A DNA stretch of 64,000 nucleotides, taken from NCBI GenBank assembly GCA_030248215.1, contig JASANG010000957.1:186001-250000 (forward strand), in the 5' to 3' direction. Positions 1 through 13,890 of this stretch are shown in pieces. The DNA is from Enoplolaimus lenunculus. Its lineage: Eukaryota. The notes under the pieces were generated by a model. It was not told where the DNA came from and ran no database searches. It saw only the letters and a program-made list of their open reading frames with translations. Positions within the stretch are counted from its first letter, which is position 1. Each line of letters begins with the position of its first letter. The position numbers and the translations under genes were made by a program.

Positions 1-805
1 TTTGCCTTGCATTAAAAGCTTGAGCGATAATGCAAGGTTATACTTAGGAATGTACTTTCAAAATTTAAGTACGTTTTAAAGTTTCGAACTCTAATTATTT
101 GGTCCTGGAGTCATTTATGCGCTACAATTAGGGATAATTGACATTTATAGACTCTGATTAAAGTTTCGGGACTCTATTCACTAGCGGGATACGGACTCCT
201 ATTGATTGGGACTCGAAATGGGACCCACCTCTTATTACCCCCCTCTTATTCAGGTCAATACAGTAAGCCTAAGCCTAAGCAAGAAATGTAATCTAGAATC
301 TAAAACTACTCTTTTATGGACCCACCAGAAACCTGGACGCCCCTTAAAGTAACATGAGCCAAGAAAAGTATACTAAATGAAAGCAAACCAGTCTAAACGA
401 CAGTCGATGGAGTGTTTAAAGATTATTACAGCGCGTGAGTTAATTAATCAACTCAGACGGAAAGTTAGTTACTTCTAAGTTAATAACAGCAAACTTTAAC
501 TCACTTTGAGTTCAATTGAGTCTCACTCTGAGTTGATTTAATTTCGGGAAAGTTGATTAATTAAACCAGAATGAGTTTATATCAACTCAGAATTATGAGT
601 TCTGATAGTTCTAGCTTTGACTGAGTGATTGAACTCAGTTTGTGTTGAAATCAACTCATTGGAATTTACAGTGTAAATCAGCTACTGATCAGTAGCTTGA
701 AGCATGCAATGTATTGCGTTTCCATTAGAATCGATAGTAATTTTGTTTTAAATCTTATATTTATTACAGTATTTCGTCTGAAATTCAATTAGTTATCTAT
801 TTCAG

Positions 806-2397
806 GGTCCACCAGGAGCGATCAGAGTTATTGCTGGACAACGCGGCCGACCAGGCAGACGAGGCAAACGAGGTATTCTTGGCCAACCTGGCAAACCTGG
901 ACCCAACGGTCTTCCGGGCAGTTTTGGACCGCTTGGACTTTCTGGTGTTCAAGGTACGTCAACGTTTGCAAGTCCAAAATTGACACCTTTGCCACGTATT
1001 TCTCTCGATTATTTTAAGTAATATTGATGAGCATTAATAGATAATTTGTTCATATTCGGTTGTACGAAACTGGTTTCACAATTACCCGTCAAAAAATCAC
1101 CCGGGCCAAATTGTATATTTCAATGAGTTGATTTTAACTCAGAATGAGTTGAATAACTCAGTCTGAGTTAGGACTATCAGAACTCAGAATTTTGAGTTGA
1201 TTCAATTCATTCTGAGATAATTAATCAACTCACCTTGAGTCAACTCAACTCAGAGTGAGAATCAACTCAACTCAGAGTGAGTTAATCTTTACTGATATTA
1301 ATTCAGAAATAACCAACTTCCTAGCTGAATTGATTAATTAACTCATTGCACCTTACAGTGTTCTGTCATAGTTTTGTATGGTGATAGGTGCTATATGCAT
1401 TTTAGAATATGGGACAAAGGCCCATATTCTCAAATATATATTGCAGCTTTCACTTACTTTGTGATAGGTTTTCAAACTGACTAACTCGTGTAGTTATTGA
1501 CCAGACAAATTCTTGAAGAAGTATGACAAATCAGACACAGAAAATATGTTCAATTTTGAACATTTGTCTGGTTCGAAAGTATGACAAATCAAACACAGAA
1601 ATGTGTTCAGTTTTGAACATTTGTCTGATTCGAAAGTATGACCAATCAAACACAGAAATTTTGTTCAATTTTGAACATTTGTCGGGTTCGAAAGTATGAC
1701 CAATCAAACACAGAAATTTTGTTCAATTTTGAACATTTGTCTGGTTCGAAAGTATGACCAATCAAACACAGAAATTTTGTTCAATTTTGAACATTTGTCT
1801 GGTTCGAAGGTATGACCAATCAAACACAGAAATTTTGTTCAATTTTGAACATTTGTCTGGTTCGAAAGTATGACCAATCAAACACAGAAATTTTGTTCAA
1901 TTTTGAACATTTGTCTGGTTCGAAGGTATGACCAATCAAACACAGAAATTTTGTTCAATTTTGAACATTTGTCTGGTTCGAAAGTATGACCAATCAAACA
2001 CAGAAATTTTGTTCAATTTTGAACATTTGTCTGGTTCGAAAGTACGACCAATCAAACAGAAATTTTGTTCAATTTTGAACATTTCTCTGGTTCAAAAGTT
2101 ACAAACCCTATAATCAAATGATGATAGCTGCTATACACATTTGAGAATACAGGTTCAGACGTCTGATAGTTTTAAGACGTTTTTGGATTCACTCGTTATT
2201 TTAGCAGTGTCATTTCAGCTTAATTGTTCGTTTTGTGAAAATTTTTTGAAAACTTGAAAATTGCATTTATATTTCTAGGTAATCCTGGCAGAAATGGTAA
2301 ACAAGGCAATCTTGGTCGGCGTGGAACTCCTGGTACTCCAGGTCCTATGGGTAACTGTGAACATTGTCCTGCGCCACGAACTGCGCCCGGATATTAA
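806..2397 (+). CDS. Cuticle collagen, last two exons (806-953, 2279-2397); 5' part lies upstream of the window
   Basis: Gly-X-Y frame between TTTCAG/GTACGT and TTCTAG splice sites with compatible phases. C-terminus [15 protein letters not shown]. Exon sizes 148 and 119 nt are identical to the two paralogs. Confidence 0.93.
1419..2154. mobile_element. GGCC-terminal MITE hosting the 58-bp satellite; shorter relatives near 7892-8101, 21100-21196, 47520-47712, 48846-48930
   Basis: TIR GGCCCATATTCTCAAAT(A/G)T..TA / TATACACATTTGAGAATAC recurs in several copies. Confidence 0.65.
1520..2100 (+). repeat. 58-bp tandem minisatellite, ~10 copies
   Basis: Unit GTATGACCAATCAAACACAGAAATTTTGTTCAATTTTGAACATTTGTCTGGTTCGAAA; period 58 (e.g. 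1636, 1694). Confidence 0.95.
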
Positions 2398-2482
2398 ACG
2401 ACTGATATTATACCATTACAAACGCTAACCTGTTTAATCTAAACCGATATTTTGCTCTAACTTACGCCCAAATTAATATCAT

Positions 2483-2766
2483 CAAGAGTGCATAATACAA
2501 GAGTGTGCAACTCTTGAGGTCCCGCATGGTACAAAATGTACCGCTGGGTGTTGTGTTTTTGACCGACCCAGCCTTGTGCAGAGGGGGTCGCTATCACATA
2601 AATACCCTAAATTAAACAATATGGAGACCATGTTTGATACCACATACGTAAAGTGTCATGGATCGCACCGGTTGTACCACCCTCTAAATAAGAGGGGTAG
2701 GGCAAAAACGCAACACGTGGCGGGTACATTTTTTCTACACAGAATGTGCCCAGTTGCACACTCTTG
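2483..2766. mobile_element. Repeat family with asymmetric subterminal inverted repeat (also 3380-3528, 43771-44052, 60555-60826)
   Basis: CAAGAGTGCATAATA-CAAGAGTGTGCAACT ... AGTTGCACACTCTTG shared across copies; class unresolved. Confidence 0.65.
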
Positions 2767-5103
2767 TTAAATAGCGATTATCCACTCTTGATATCATTTA
2801 TTATACTTTCAACTACATTTTACGCGAGTATATAGTACCAATCTCGGGTGTCGCCGTTATGCCTACCCCGTTGCTACTCTTCTGTAAGGAAAGCTTAAGC
2901 TTATTCTATTATAGTTTCACAGAAAAACGTTCCGCCTCTGATCTTTACATGCGCCGTATTATACAAACAATTGTGTTGAATTTTATATCTATTTTACAGC
3001 TAACTTTTAACATAAAAATCAATCTGCAAGGTTTTGATGGCTAATTTGTATTTAACAACGAAATATTCAACGCGAAGCAACAATTAGTATATTAATTGAT
3101 AAGTAATTGATAAGTAATTGGTAAGTAATTGAACGGTAATTTAAAATACAAGACATGTGCTTTATTGTGTGCTCTGTATATATTCCGCGAGTTTTATGCT
3201 TGTGTAGCTTTATCGGTCGATATTAATTATTGTGAACCTTACTAAATTTAACTAAACCTAATATCTAAGCCTAATGCCTAAGTTTAAGCTTAACTCAAAA
3301 GATCAGTCTATACCTAAACCTAAGCGTGTCAGTCTCGAAGTCCGCTATTTTCTGTTTTCCAATAGCCAGGTGAACATAATCAAGAGTGCATAATACAAGA
3401 GTGTGCAACCTTGGGGTTGCGCTTGGTAAAACATAAAGTGCCAAGGTTCGCGCACTGCTTGAGGGCAAAAACGCATCGCGGGCCGGGTACATTTTTTCTA
3501 CACAGAATGTACCCAATTGCATACTCTTGTTGAAGGATGCATCATCCATTTTTGCTATAATTAATATGTGTCGTTTTATCAGTTGTGAATATTTAACGTT
3601 TTGGCCAGTAAATTATTTGATTTTGCTTTTTTGTGCAATTATTTTTTAAATAATAATGATGCGAATAGAATAAATGTTTAAAAATTATCTTTCAAAAACA
3701 TTATTGTAAGCAGCGAAATTCTAAAATGAATCGCATGTGTAGCAAAATGCTCTTAAACGCATTTTAAACGTTTGTTCAAACGCTATTTTCTAGCATCAAA
3801 AACGTTTTTTAAGCTTTGACAGGAGTCCTAAAATGGCCTGCCTTCGATTTCTGTTTCCAGTTCTTATGACTGCCAAATTTTGACGCATGTAAAAATCAAG
3901 GGTTGAATGTTTTTCTGTGGGGCTGCAAAAGAGTAAGCTTCAGAATTAGACTAATTTTTCCCTTAGGCTTAAGTTTAGATATAGGAATATGCTTATACTA
4001 CTGTTACGGCCGTGGTCTATACATTGTTTCATATTTTGATTAAATGAAATATTGGAGATGCGACTATTTTAATACCGAAGCTTCAGTTGGCATACAACTG
4101 ATTGTGGAGTACTGTAGCGACCGGATTAAGAGTTGAACTTACATTTTTTTCTCTTCGCTCTTCAGAGGACACCTCTGTTATTCGGTTACGGACTGTTATT
4201 TATTTTTAATTCACCCCATGTTTTACTTGGAACAATCACTCTTTTTTATATTCTATTTGGGCAGAACTGATATGCTCCGAAGCTCTGGATTTAATAATGT
4301 TTAATATATACGCGAGTTGTCTGAGTGTCTGTTACATATTTAAGCATTGTATGCCATTCTTCTGCTTTGGTCTCTTTTATGGGCTCTAATTAAGACTTAT
4401 GGACTCTATCCACTAAGGTGCAACCGGAGGTGAGAAATACCGGAGCTGAAGGTTAACAAAATTTGCCGGAGCCGGAGGTGAGGCGTACTTTAGGCAGTTA
4501 AAATTATGTTTAATTTGCTAATTTTAGCAAATATCTGTAAGCAGTTGTTAAATCTTCTGGTTTGGAGCATATCTTTACAAAATCTCGGCAGTTGTTTTTC
4601 GCAAAATTGTACCAAAAGTTAAAACGAAACGGATCAATCAAATAAATTTATTTCGCCACCGAAATTGCTGGAATCTTTTATGCTGAAATTTTACGGGATC
4701 CAGAGGCCGAATTTCCGCTGGAGCCGAAGGCAGACTTCCGGTTGTAACTTGTTAATCCACTAACTGACTGTAATTAAGGATACACGCTTTTTGTGATTGG
4801 GATTCAAAATGGGTGCCCGTTATTACCCTTTCTTATTCGGGCCACTACAGTAGAGGGGGTGTGGGATATAGACCCCATTTTTAGATTAACTCAATTGATC
4901 AGTAGGCTTGTTTTCGATCTCATGCGAAGTACATATTTTGCAGTATTGAAGTGCCTTACCCCGTTTTCATTTATGACCCTCCGCGCGGTTCCTGCCTGTA
5001 TGCCTAATTTAAGTGTGATTCACAGACAAAAACAGATGCAAGTTATATTTTTATTTCTGAAAATATTGAGCAATATTAACCGAATAAATTATTAAAAAAC
5101 AAT

Positions 5104-5369
5104 GGATTTTGTAAAGATCAGGAGCGGAACGTTTTTCTGCGGGACTGTAATAAAGTAAGCTTAACAAGCATTAGACTATTCTTGCTTAGGCTTAGGTTTA
5201 TTTATAAGTTCTTTTGGCTTTGGCCTTGGCTTAGGTTTAGGCTTAGGCTTAGGCTTAGGCTTAGGCTTAGGCTTAGGCTTAGGCTTAGGCTTAGGCGTAG
5301 GCTTAGGCTTAGGCTTAGGCTTAGGCTTAGGCTTATACGACTGTAACGGAACTGTTGTATACATTGGTC
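5104..5369 (+). mobile_element. Telomeric-repeat MITE family A with long (TTAGGC)n array
   Basis: GTAAAGATCAGGAGCGGAAC left end, about 20 near-perfect TTAGGC units (5213-5335), right end TACATTGGTC. Confidence 0.8.
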
Positions 5370-5627
5370 AAGAAAATCGACTAAATGCTTAAAATATTTA
5401 AGGACACAAGATTGCCATCTACTACGACGATTCCTAAATATCTGTTATAAAAATTCATGAACTCGGACAAAAGAAAGCCCATGAACAACAGATGCATGGA
5501 AAAGTCTTTGCGTCCTTAAAACACTAAAAAAGCGTATAAAATACGCGAATAATTGACTGATTATAAAAGTTGAAGCATCTGAAATTCGTTTTTCTTGCTA
5601 TTACGTATCCCCTTTGTGTCGATGAAA

Positions 5628-8600
5628 TTAATATCCAGGTGCAGTTCGCGGTGCCGGGCAATGAAGGCATGATCCTCCAGGACCTTCGGGTCCTGCTTCT
5701 CCACGACGTCCGAAACGGCCGGGAATACCAGGTCGACCAGGTCCGCCTGAAGTATAAACAGATAAACATTTTGATTTTTACATAAACAGTAAAATTCGAA
5801 ATGTTTTTGCATGAAATGAAAAATGTATTTTTTTTCAAAGACATTAAAAATGTCAGGTACAAAATGAGAATTGTATTAATGCGGAATTCATGTTATAACT
5901 GAGACAGGCGGGTCACGGTTTGTCTCATGTTGATTTGACGTCAACGTTAAAATTCGGGCACTCATAGCGAGTGAACAGACAAAACTCGAATGTCATATGA
6001 CATTTACTTGCAAATCACCGCTCTCAGAAGATCAGTGTGTACATGACATAACCTGCTTGTTGAGGGTCATGGCTCAAAGTGTATAGTTTAAAACACCCTT
6101 ATTACAAGCTGAAATTTGGTTTAAGGCCAGAAATGGTTGTACTGTAATAAAAAATTAGAAAACATATTGCAATCATTAGGAGTCGCCAAATCAGTAATGC
6201 AACCACTGACAAAAAGTTACCTGGTGTACGCAAGTTGTACTACTTGTAAACTCCGTTGAAATAGAAGTTTAAGTGTGAATTTTTAGTTTTAAATTTATTT
6301 AATGGCTACACTGCAAAAAATGGTGAATCAAATTGACTCTTTCCGAAACAGGATCTATGGGACTACACAAACTGAGTCAAATTCGACTGTGTCAGGGTCA
6401 AATTCAACTCACTGCGCCGCACGTTTGACTGTAAAGGCGCTAGCTTAGATTGTAGACCACATTTATTGCTTAGACTTAGGTTTATCAAAGGGTGGCGCTA
6501 TCTTATGGATACGCCGTCGTCTATGCTTAGTCTTTATCTTTTATGCTTAGAAATATGCTTAATCTACAGTTACGGCACTAAAAGTAACATTGACAGCATT
6601 ATCAAAAAAGTGTACATAAACATATAAGTATTACGCTAGAATTCACAATTTTAGCCTTGAACGTAACGTATCTTACCTGTCTCGCCAGAAAGTCCAAGAG
6701 GACCGTACGAGCCTGGCAGTCCGTTTGGTCCAGGGCGTCCCGGTTGACCAAGGATTCCTTGTTTTCCGCGAGGACCTCGCCGGCCTCCTGGCCCACCTCG
6801 GTTGATAACAGTACCAGGTTGGCCCTGAAACAGTAAATAAAAACATTCCTAAAATTACTGAACGAAAAACACAGCGAAAGCATAGCAGTGATTTTGCGAT
6901 GCATTATCGCTGCTATCACTGAGGTACTGAAAATTTTCCGATACAAATTGTTCGTTTAAATCTCGAAGTGTTTCTGAGGTAAAAATGGAAAAATATGATA
7001 CGCTTACGTGTGTTCAAAATATTTTACAATATCAATATATCTGTTGCTTTACGAAGTTTTAAAACTGTGTAAAACTTTGAAAATACAAAATATATCCGTT
7101 TCCGGAAAATTTCGGATCTGTCGCTACGAACGAAAATGTTTTTGTATAAATTTTGTGTTTGACGGCTGGAATTGCAAAACTTTAGCAAAATGGCATACGA
7201 TTATCACACAGGAAATTTTGACAAAAATTTTAAATTAGCAAATGAACTAATTTTCATACTTATATTAATGGTAAATTTTTTGAAAAAAAATTTGGTTAAA
7301 ACAAATATAAAATTGAAACATTAATGGTAATAAGCAAACTTACTCTTGGACCTTTGGCTCCCGGCGCGCCTCCTGGGCCAGGTTGTCCTTGAGCTCCTGG
7401 CGGCCCACGCATTCCTTGCCGACCAGGCTGACCTTCGTTGCCCGGGTTACCTTGAGGTCCAATTTTACCAGATGGCCTGAAGGTTAATTAAATGTTTAAT
7501 TTACCTCTAGCGAATTCCGATGTAAAAAATTCCATGCTTACAGAAGCAATTAGATAGAAATTTCGTCTTTAAAACTTACGAAAAACTTTAAATACATCTG
7601 TATGTTAAAGTTGGAATGCCCATATACGTATTTTTGGCAACGTTCCGACGATTTTTTGTTTACGTTACGTATGCAAATTAAGACTGTACACTTTGAGAAT
7701 ACCTATTGTTTTGCGTGTTTTTTTATATTTCGTTCACTTAAATTTGAGAATTCCTCAAGGCAATAATTTAGCCTACGGCCGGAAACGCGTTAGTCCAATT
7801 GCACATGTGTGAAACTACGTTTTACTAGTTACTTTTATTTCAAAGCTATTTTGCTAAACCAACAATATCGTATTCTGTGAATGTACGTGAGGCCCATATT
7901 CTCAAATGTGTATAGCAACTGTTATTAGTAATGTTTTCAAACTCACTAAAACTGTTGCAGTTGTTGTATATTGGTGCAAAAGTAGAGCAATTCATATGCG
8001 AAAAATGTGCTAAATTATGATCCCAAACATTTACTGGTTTGCAACTTACAAGACCTATCACCATCCGGTGAAAGGTGCTACACAGATATACGAATACGGA
8101 CTTAGGTTATAAGCTAGGACGTAGGAATTTGTCCGATATTTGCTATAAATTAAATATTACAGTTATCTGCAGGAGTGGACCATTTATTGTGCCACATTGC
8201 GAGAGACTGGACGGCTTCTGCCCTCTCCGATTAGTGTTTATTGAACTCCGGCTAAGATGCTCCTTTAATATTGAACCGGCGCTTACGGTTTGTTAAGATA
8301 TATCTTAAGAACCAATGGTTTATTCAGTTTTCTTCCGTAATATCCCACACCGTTTCGAAATTTTTCGGCTCCTCGGGGGGTAATCTTTAGAGAACATACC
8401 CTTGTGGTCCTGGCGGTCCAATCGGTCCAGGCGGACAAATCATGCACGCTTCTTTTGGTGCTTCTGGTTCGTTGATTCCCCCGTCTTCACCGCGGTAACC
8501 AGGATTGCCAGGTGGACCGTCGTCTCCATCGGATCCATTTTTGCCCAGTTCGCCTGGTGGTCCTGCTTCGCCTTGCTGGCAAGGACAGCCTGAAACAGTC

Positions 8601-9842
8601 GTGTTAAAATAATTAAATGAAAATTTACCCAGATATTTTTTGTTTCAAACACCGTAGCAAAGGGGTGAAGCAGGGGGACTCAGCTCCCGTGGATAAATTT
8701 TTGTAAGCCCCCCAAAAAATATTTCAGCCTTCCCAGGTATGTCAACGAAACCCTTGTATGCGGCTTCCGACAATTTTTATCCCTCCTAACAAAGCCAGCT
8801 GGCTGCGGGCTTGCAAGCAAGTGGAAATCGTTGGACGATATAAAAATGTAATAATACGCAACTTTAACACTTACAACCGCTTCCAAATCCTCCAAATTGT
8901 CCGGAGCCAACTCCGCCAAATCCACCTCCGCGGCCCCCCAGGCCGCCAAATCCTGCTCCTGTACCCCGGCCACCGCCGAGACCCCCACGTGGACCGTACG
9001 CTTGCCCGAACAACCAACTGGCGCGTTTCTCACGGTCACCGTGGGAACCTGTGGGTACGTCACGATGGCTCAACTGTGAGATTTGTTGATACATGTCTCG
9101 TGAGCGAACCTAAAATGCTCAATATATATATATATTAGCGGCTTTCGTTCACTTCCCCAGGACACATTTATGGTGAATGCTTACGCTCAGTCTGAGGCTT
9201 TAGGTAAAGGCTTAAGACAAAATTGGTGCTAAACGTCAAGGTTTAGGTAAGCATTTTTCAAAACCAGAACCTAATGCCTAAAACTAAGCCTGAGCCATGC
9301 TTAAGGCTATACGGAAGGCGTACACGAGCCATATTTGTTTAAGCTTTGATTATTGTTTTACAATTATCGTATATATTCGCAGTTGCGTAAATTAATGAAT
9401 ATACTGTTCTCTGTATTATGTTTCAAAATATGGAAAGAAATGCAGTCCGAAATACGTATGTGGAGCGTTCCAGCTTTAATGTTACAGATAATGCAACTGT
9501 TAAAGCTAAATTGTACAGTAAATGAAAGAACTCCGGTCAGATATGTTTCGCATCCTTTCTGACATTCAGTATTGCTGACAACCACCTGAATAGCAATAAA
9601 TTCAACTGAAGTTTAAATTCAATTGCTGTTTCCACGTGTGTTGAACTTACTCGACAAAGCTCAACTTCGCTCATGATGTGGGATTGAAGATGTTGCATGT
9701 AGTTGTAGAGCAACGGAAGTGTAATCACTGAACTGACAACTGCAACAGTTGAAATGACAACTGCAACAAACGCAACAAATCGCACGCGACGATGCATTGC
9801 GTCGCTCATCAGTCCAGAGTTGCATTCTGAATATTCACCCAT
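5628..9842 (-). CDS. Cuticle collagen, 6 exons (9842-9651, 9109-8875, 8589-8400, 7476-7344, 6824-6677, 5746-5628), ~338 aa
   Basis: N-terminal cuticle-collagen TM domain ([26 protein letters not shown]), REKR cleavage site, Gly-rich linker, CCPC, Gly-X-Y blocks, C-terminal [13 protein letters not shown]. All introns are GT-AG with consistent phases. Confidence 0.95.
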
Positions 9843-10708
9843 TTTATGGATCTGATTCGTTATTAAGAATCTTAATAAATAATTATCCAATAAGAAAGCA
9901 TTAATTTCTGTAAATTTGTTAAACTTAAACCAATCAAAGTTGCTCAATTCGCAGTTTAATGTTGGACGTTATTTTTTGTAGCGAATCAAAAATGTTGATT
10001 GCGCTTGCATGTGGAGCAAAATGACTGCTTAACAATTCTAGGCCCATGTATGGAACAGGGTCGGATCGTTTTCCTGCAGGGCTGTAATAGAGTCAGCTTA
10101 ACTTTAGATTTCTTTTTGTGCTTAGGTTTAGGCTTAGGCTTAAGCTATTAAGGAATACGTTCATCCTTTCGGTTAGGCTTTATGCTTAGGCTTAGGAATA
10201 TGCATATACTATTGTTCTGGCTCTGTTTTATACATGGACCCAATTCGGTTATAATTTTTGATGTAAAATAAAGTGGATATTAATTAGCATATTTATATGT
10301 AATTGTAAATCGAGAAAGGTATATATTTTGCAAGGAAAAATAAACAATTGTACGAAATTACGGAAGTAAGCTGAGCGGAAACGGAAACAGAAAACATTCC
10401 CTATAATAATATAAAACTTTAAAAATAATTATTTTTGCCAACACAATTGAGGTATGCAAATATTAATAACTGAACCATTACAACGAACCGGGATTGAAAA
10501 ATTAAACGTTTTTTAAAAGATTTGTCGCTATGACCTTAAAATAATACCTTCCAGTATTTCTATAAAAGACCCGGAAACTATAACCGTCTTGTACCGGAAA
10601 CGGAAATAGATATCGGATAACAACCTTTGACAAATTGTTTATTCGCAAGCGTATGCGTTTATATTGCCGAAACAAATCTTGAAATTGCAATCAAAATCAA
10701 ATAATTAA

Positions 10709-10971
10709 CCCTTTCGCACATGAATATTTGCAATTTCACACGAGATGTAATTTCAAGGTGAGATTCGAACCCCAGTCTCACGAGTGGGAGGCGTTTACGA
10801 TGACCACTGAGCTATAGGAGCTTGACGCTCGAGCCCGAGGGGCCTTTCACGTCTTGTTGAGATTTAACACGGCGCATATATTTTATAAACATTAAACACT
10901 GCTCACAGTGTGTGTATAGCTTGTACATTATTGTATTTAGTTGCTCATAGTATACTCTATGAGCGAAAGGG
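10709..10971 (-). mobile_element. piggyBac-type MITE with internal tRNA-like Pol III box A/B
   Basis: TTAA-CCCTTT...AAAGGG-TTAA. Minus strand reads GCTCCTATAGCTCAGTGGT...GGGGTTCGAATCTC (10821-10755). Confidence 0.82.
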
Positions 10972-13629
10972 TTAAAAAGTAACGTTTAGTATATATACTG
11001 AATATTAATAAACCTAATTTAAACCAGCATTAGCCACCAACTATCAAATTTTGTTCTTAGAAGAACAACGAGATAAAAGTTAGAAATAGAATAACGCCTA
11101 AAATCGTCGAGTTTAAACATTTGAATCATTTATATAGTGAATGAAACTCGTTCAAACTGAGGCAAAAATTAAGCATATTTTCTCTTTTTTCGACCAGAAT
11201 TAATGTTTTCAAATTATTTCTACTGGTCGACCCTGTCACTAACGATATTAATCAACCAGCAGCAGTCTAAATTTAAGTAAAATATTACTTTTTATAGTTA
11301 TCATTTACGCATAGTTTTATCTTTATATATATTTTTTGTAAGTAAATTTATGCAATTAATATTAATTATTGAGTTGATTGCATTATATTGCAATTTTGTG
11401 CAATTTCACATTGGTTTTTGCGGCATGAAAAATGTGTTTGAATCAAAAAAATGTCATTAATTTATTACTTTTTTTGGTAAATTTGTAGTTTATTTTTTTC
11501 TCACTTTTAATACTTTGATGCGGGTTTGATTTTTAAAATTAATTGACCACAACATTTGATTTCACTATAGTCTGATCAATCTTTTACTAGTATTACGCCG
11601 GCAATTGTTTCAAATTTTCTCTTGTCTTGAGGGAGCTATACCGTTTACGGAATTTATTTATTGGGATAGTAAGTTTTGAATTGGCAATTTTTTGGGGGTT
11701 CGAAGTCGCTGAAATTAATTTAAGTTTAGTCTGGCAAAGGCTAATATATATTTATATGTAAAGGTTTAAAACAAACCTACTTTATGCCCCTGCAAAGTTA
11801 TTCATGATGATTTTTGTTAAGGTTAAAACTCGTTTTAGTACATTTTTCACTTAGAAATACAATTTTTGTCACAATTAGAGCGTTTCGTATAGTTTTAAGA
11901 TCAGTATTTTGTAGGGAAAATTTTTTGAATCGACCAGGTTTTTATTGACAAGTCTAGTAAACTGTCTATGTAACAGACTAATAAATTTGTGAAATTACGC
12001 GAGTTTCGACTGAAAACTAAAAGTGAAACTTATTTTTAAAAATGAAAAATGAAAAAAAACAACCATTAAACGCTCATAAACTTGACTTTGTTGTACCAAC
12101 CGGCAGATATTAAACAGTTTCGTTGTTATATATTTTGTTAATTTCTCAAAAATTTGATTTTATTAATAGTTTCAATTTAGGAAATGAAAAAGTTAAATTT
12201 AGGACGTAGGTTTTTTGCTTAATTTTTGTTTTTCCGCATTTCGGCCGCATTTTAGGAATTTTAATCTATTTTGTAATGTTTGATATGTTCTACCATTATT
12301 TTATAACGTTGATTCCAGAGTAATCAGTAGGAAAGTTAGGTTTAATTTTGTTTTGACGATTAGGCCACGTTTGCAATACTGAAACCTATTTTTGTTCGAG
12401 GCTGAAATGCAGTAAATATTGCAAACTAATTGTTATACTTAGGCTAATACTTAGTTTTAGACTAATCATTACGTTGAAGCTTAGGTTTAGGCGTATGAAT
12501 ATGCTTTTATACTGTTTCGCCCCTAAACGTAACGATGGGCATAGTTGTTAAACCAGCAGTTTAGGCTTTAGATTATGGGTTTGAACCGTTACGCCCCTAA
12601 AAGTAACCACAATTTTGGTTTCGTAGCACAAACTTAACAATCAGAATTTTGCAATAATTCTTAAATTCGGAATTTAATATTTTGATTAAAATTAATTTTT
12701 AATGGATGTTAAAATTTTAAAACAACTGAAAGAAAATTTCGCTAGTGAGTTAGTTATTTTTGAATTAATATTATTATTATTAAGCATTAACTCAATATAA
12801 GTTGTGTTGATTCTCAGTCTGAGTTGAGCTGATTTTCGCTGAGTTGATTAATTAACTCGGAATGAGTTGAATTGAATCACAACGCTGAATTCTGATAGTC
12901 CTAACTCAGATTGAGTGATTTAACTCATTCTGAGTTAAAATCAACTCACTGAAATTTGCAGTGATGAAGGCTAAAGTTTTTACTACATTTTGGTTTAAAA
13001 CGTCAGCGAAGGTTCTCAGGAATAAGATTGTTCCGTTGCTTATATGCGGTAAGATGAGTAGTGTACCTTTAATAGCATGGTACAGCCAGATGTCTGCCTC
13101 CGGCTCTGGCTTCGGCAGAAACGCGACCTTCGGCTCCGGCTCCGGTTGAACTTTTGCCGGAAGTTCGGTAATTTCGGTAGTAAAACTTTGCGTAGTTTTA
13201 CAAAATTTAGGAGTTTGGCGCGTTTCGTTTTAACTATAAACACAATTTTTGAGGAAAAATTGCCAATATTCCATAAATCATACGCATGAAATCAAACTAT
13301 TTAACAACACATTACAGAAATTTGCTTAAATTAACAAATTAAACATCATTTTAACTGCCAAATTTCGCCTCACCTCCGGTTCCGGCAAGTTTTGTTGACC
13401 TCAGGCTTCGGTATTTTACAGCTCCTGTTGCACCCTGGTGAATACCAGAAAGATTGAGATGATTAGGAATTATTTTCCAAAATGTTTCAGTCTTCCAGAA
13501 TGGTCGTTTCATCTGGTTCAAAATGTTTAAAATTACTTGTGTGCGACTTAAAAATTAGTTTTATTTGAAATCTGGTTTTATTTAAAATTTTACATTTGCT
13601 TTAACCTTCTTCGAATTTCAATTAGTTAA

Positions 13630-13890
13630 CCCTTTCTCGCATGAATATTTTCTATTTCATCTGAGACCTACATTTACACTAAGATTCGAATCAAATCGAT
13701 TTGAGTGGGCGATATTTGAAATCACCACTCTGCAATATAAGCTTGACGCTCGAACTTACAGGTGCCCTCATTTCTTGTTGTTATTTAGTACTGCGTATAC
13801 GTGTTGCAAATGTTAAACTCTGTGTACTGTATATTCGTTAATGTATACACATTGCGATGAGTTGCTCATAGTGGACTCAGTGTGAAAAAG
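13630..13890 (-). mobile_element. piggyBac-type tRNA-like MITE, diverged copy
   Basis: TTAACCCTTTCTC end; colinear with 10709-10971. Confidence 0.65.

Noticed and set aside
1520..2100. CRISPR-like palindromic repeat array
   Set aside because: Units are contiguous with no unique spacers, there are no cas genes, and it lies in a eukaryotic intron.
5176..5364. PKPKPK / LRLRL / LSLSL ORFs (also 17522, 19296, 36898, 49957, 57615, 63149)
   Set aside because: These are translations of TTAGGC repeats inside MITEs.
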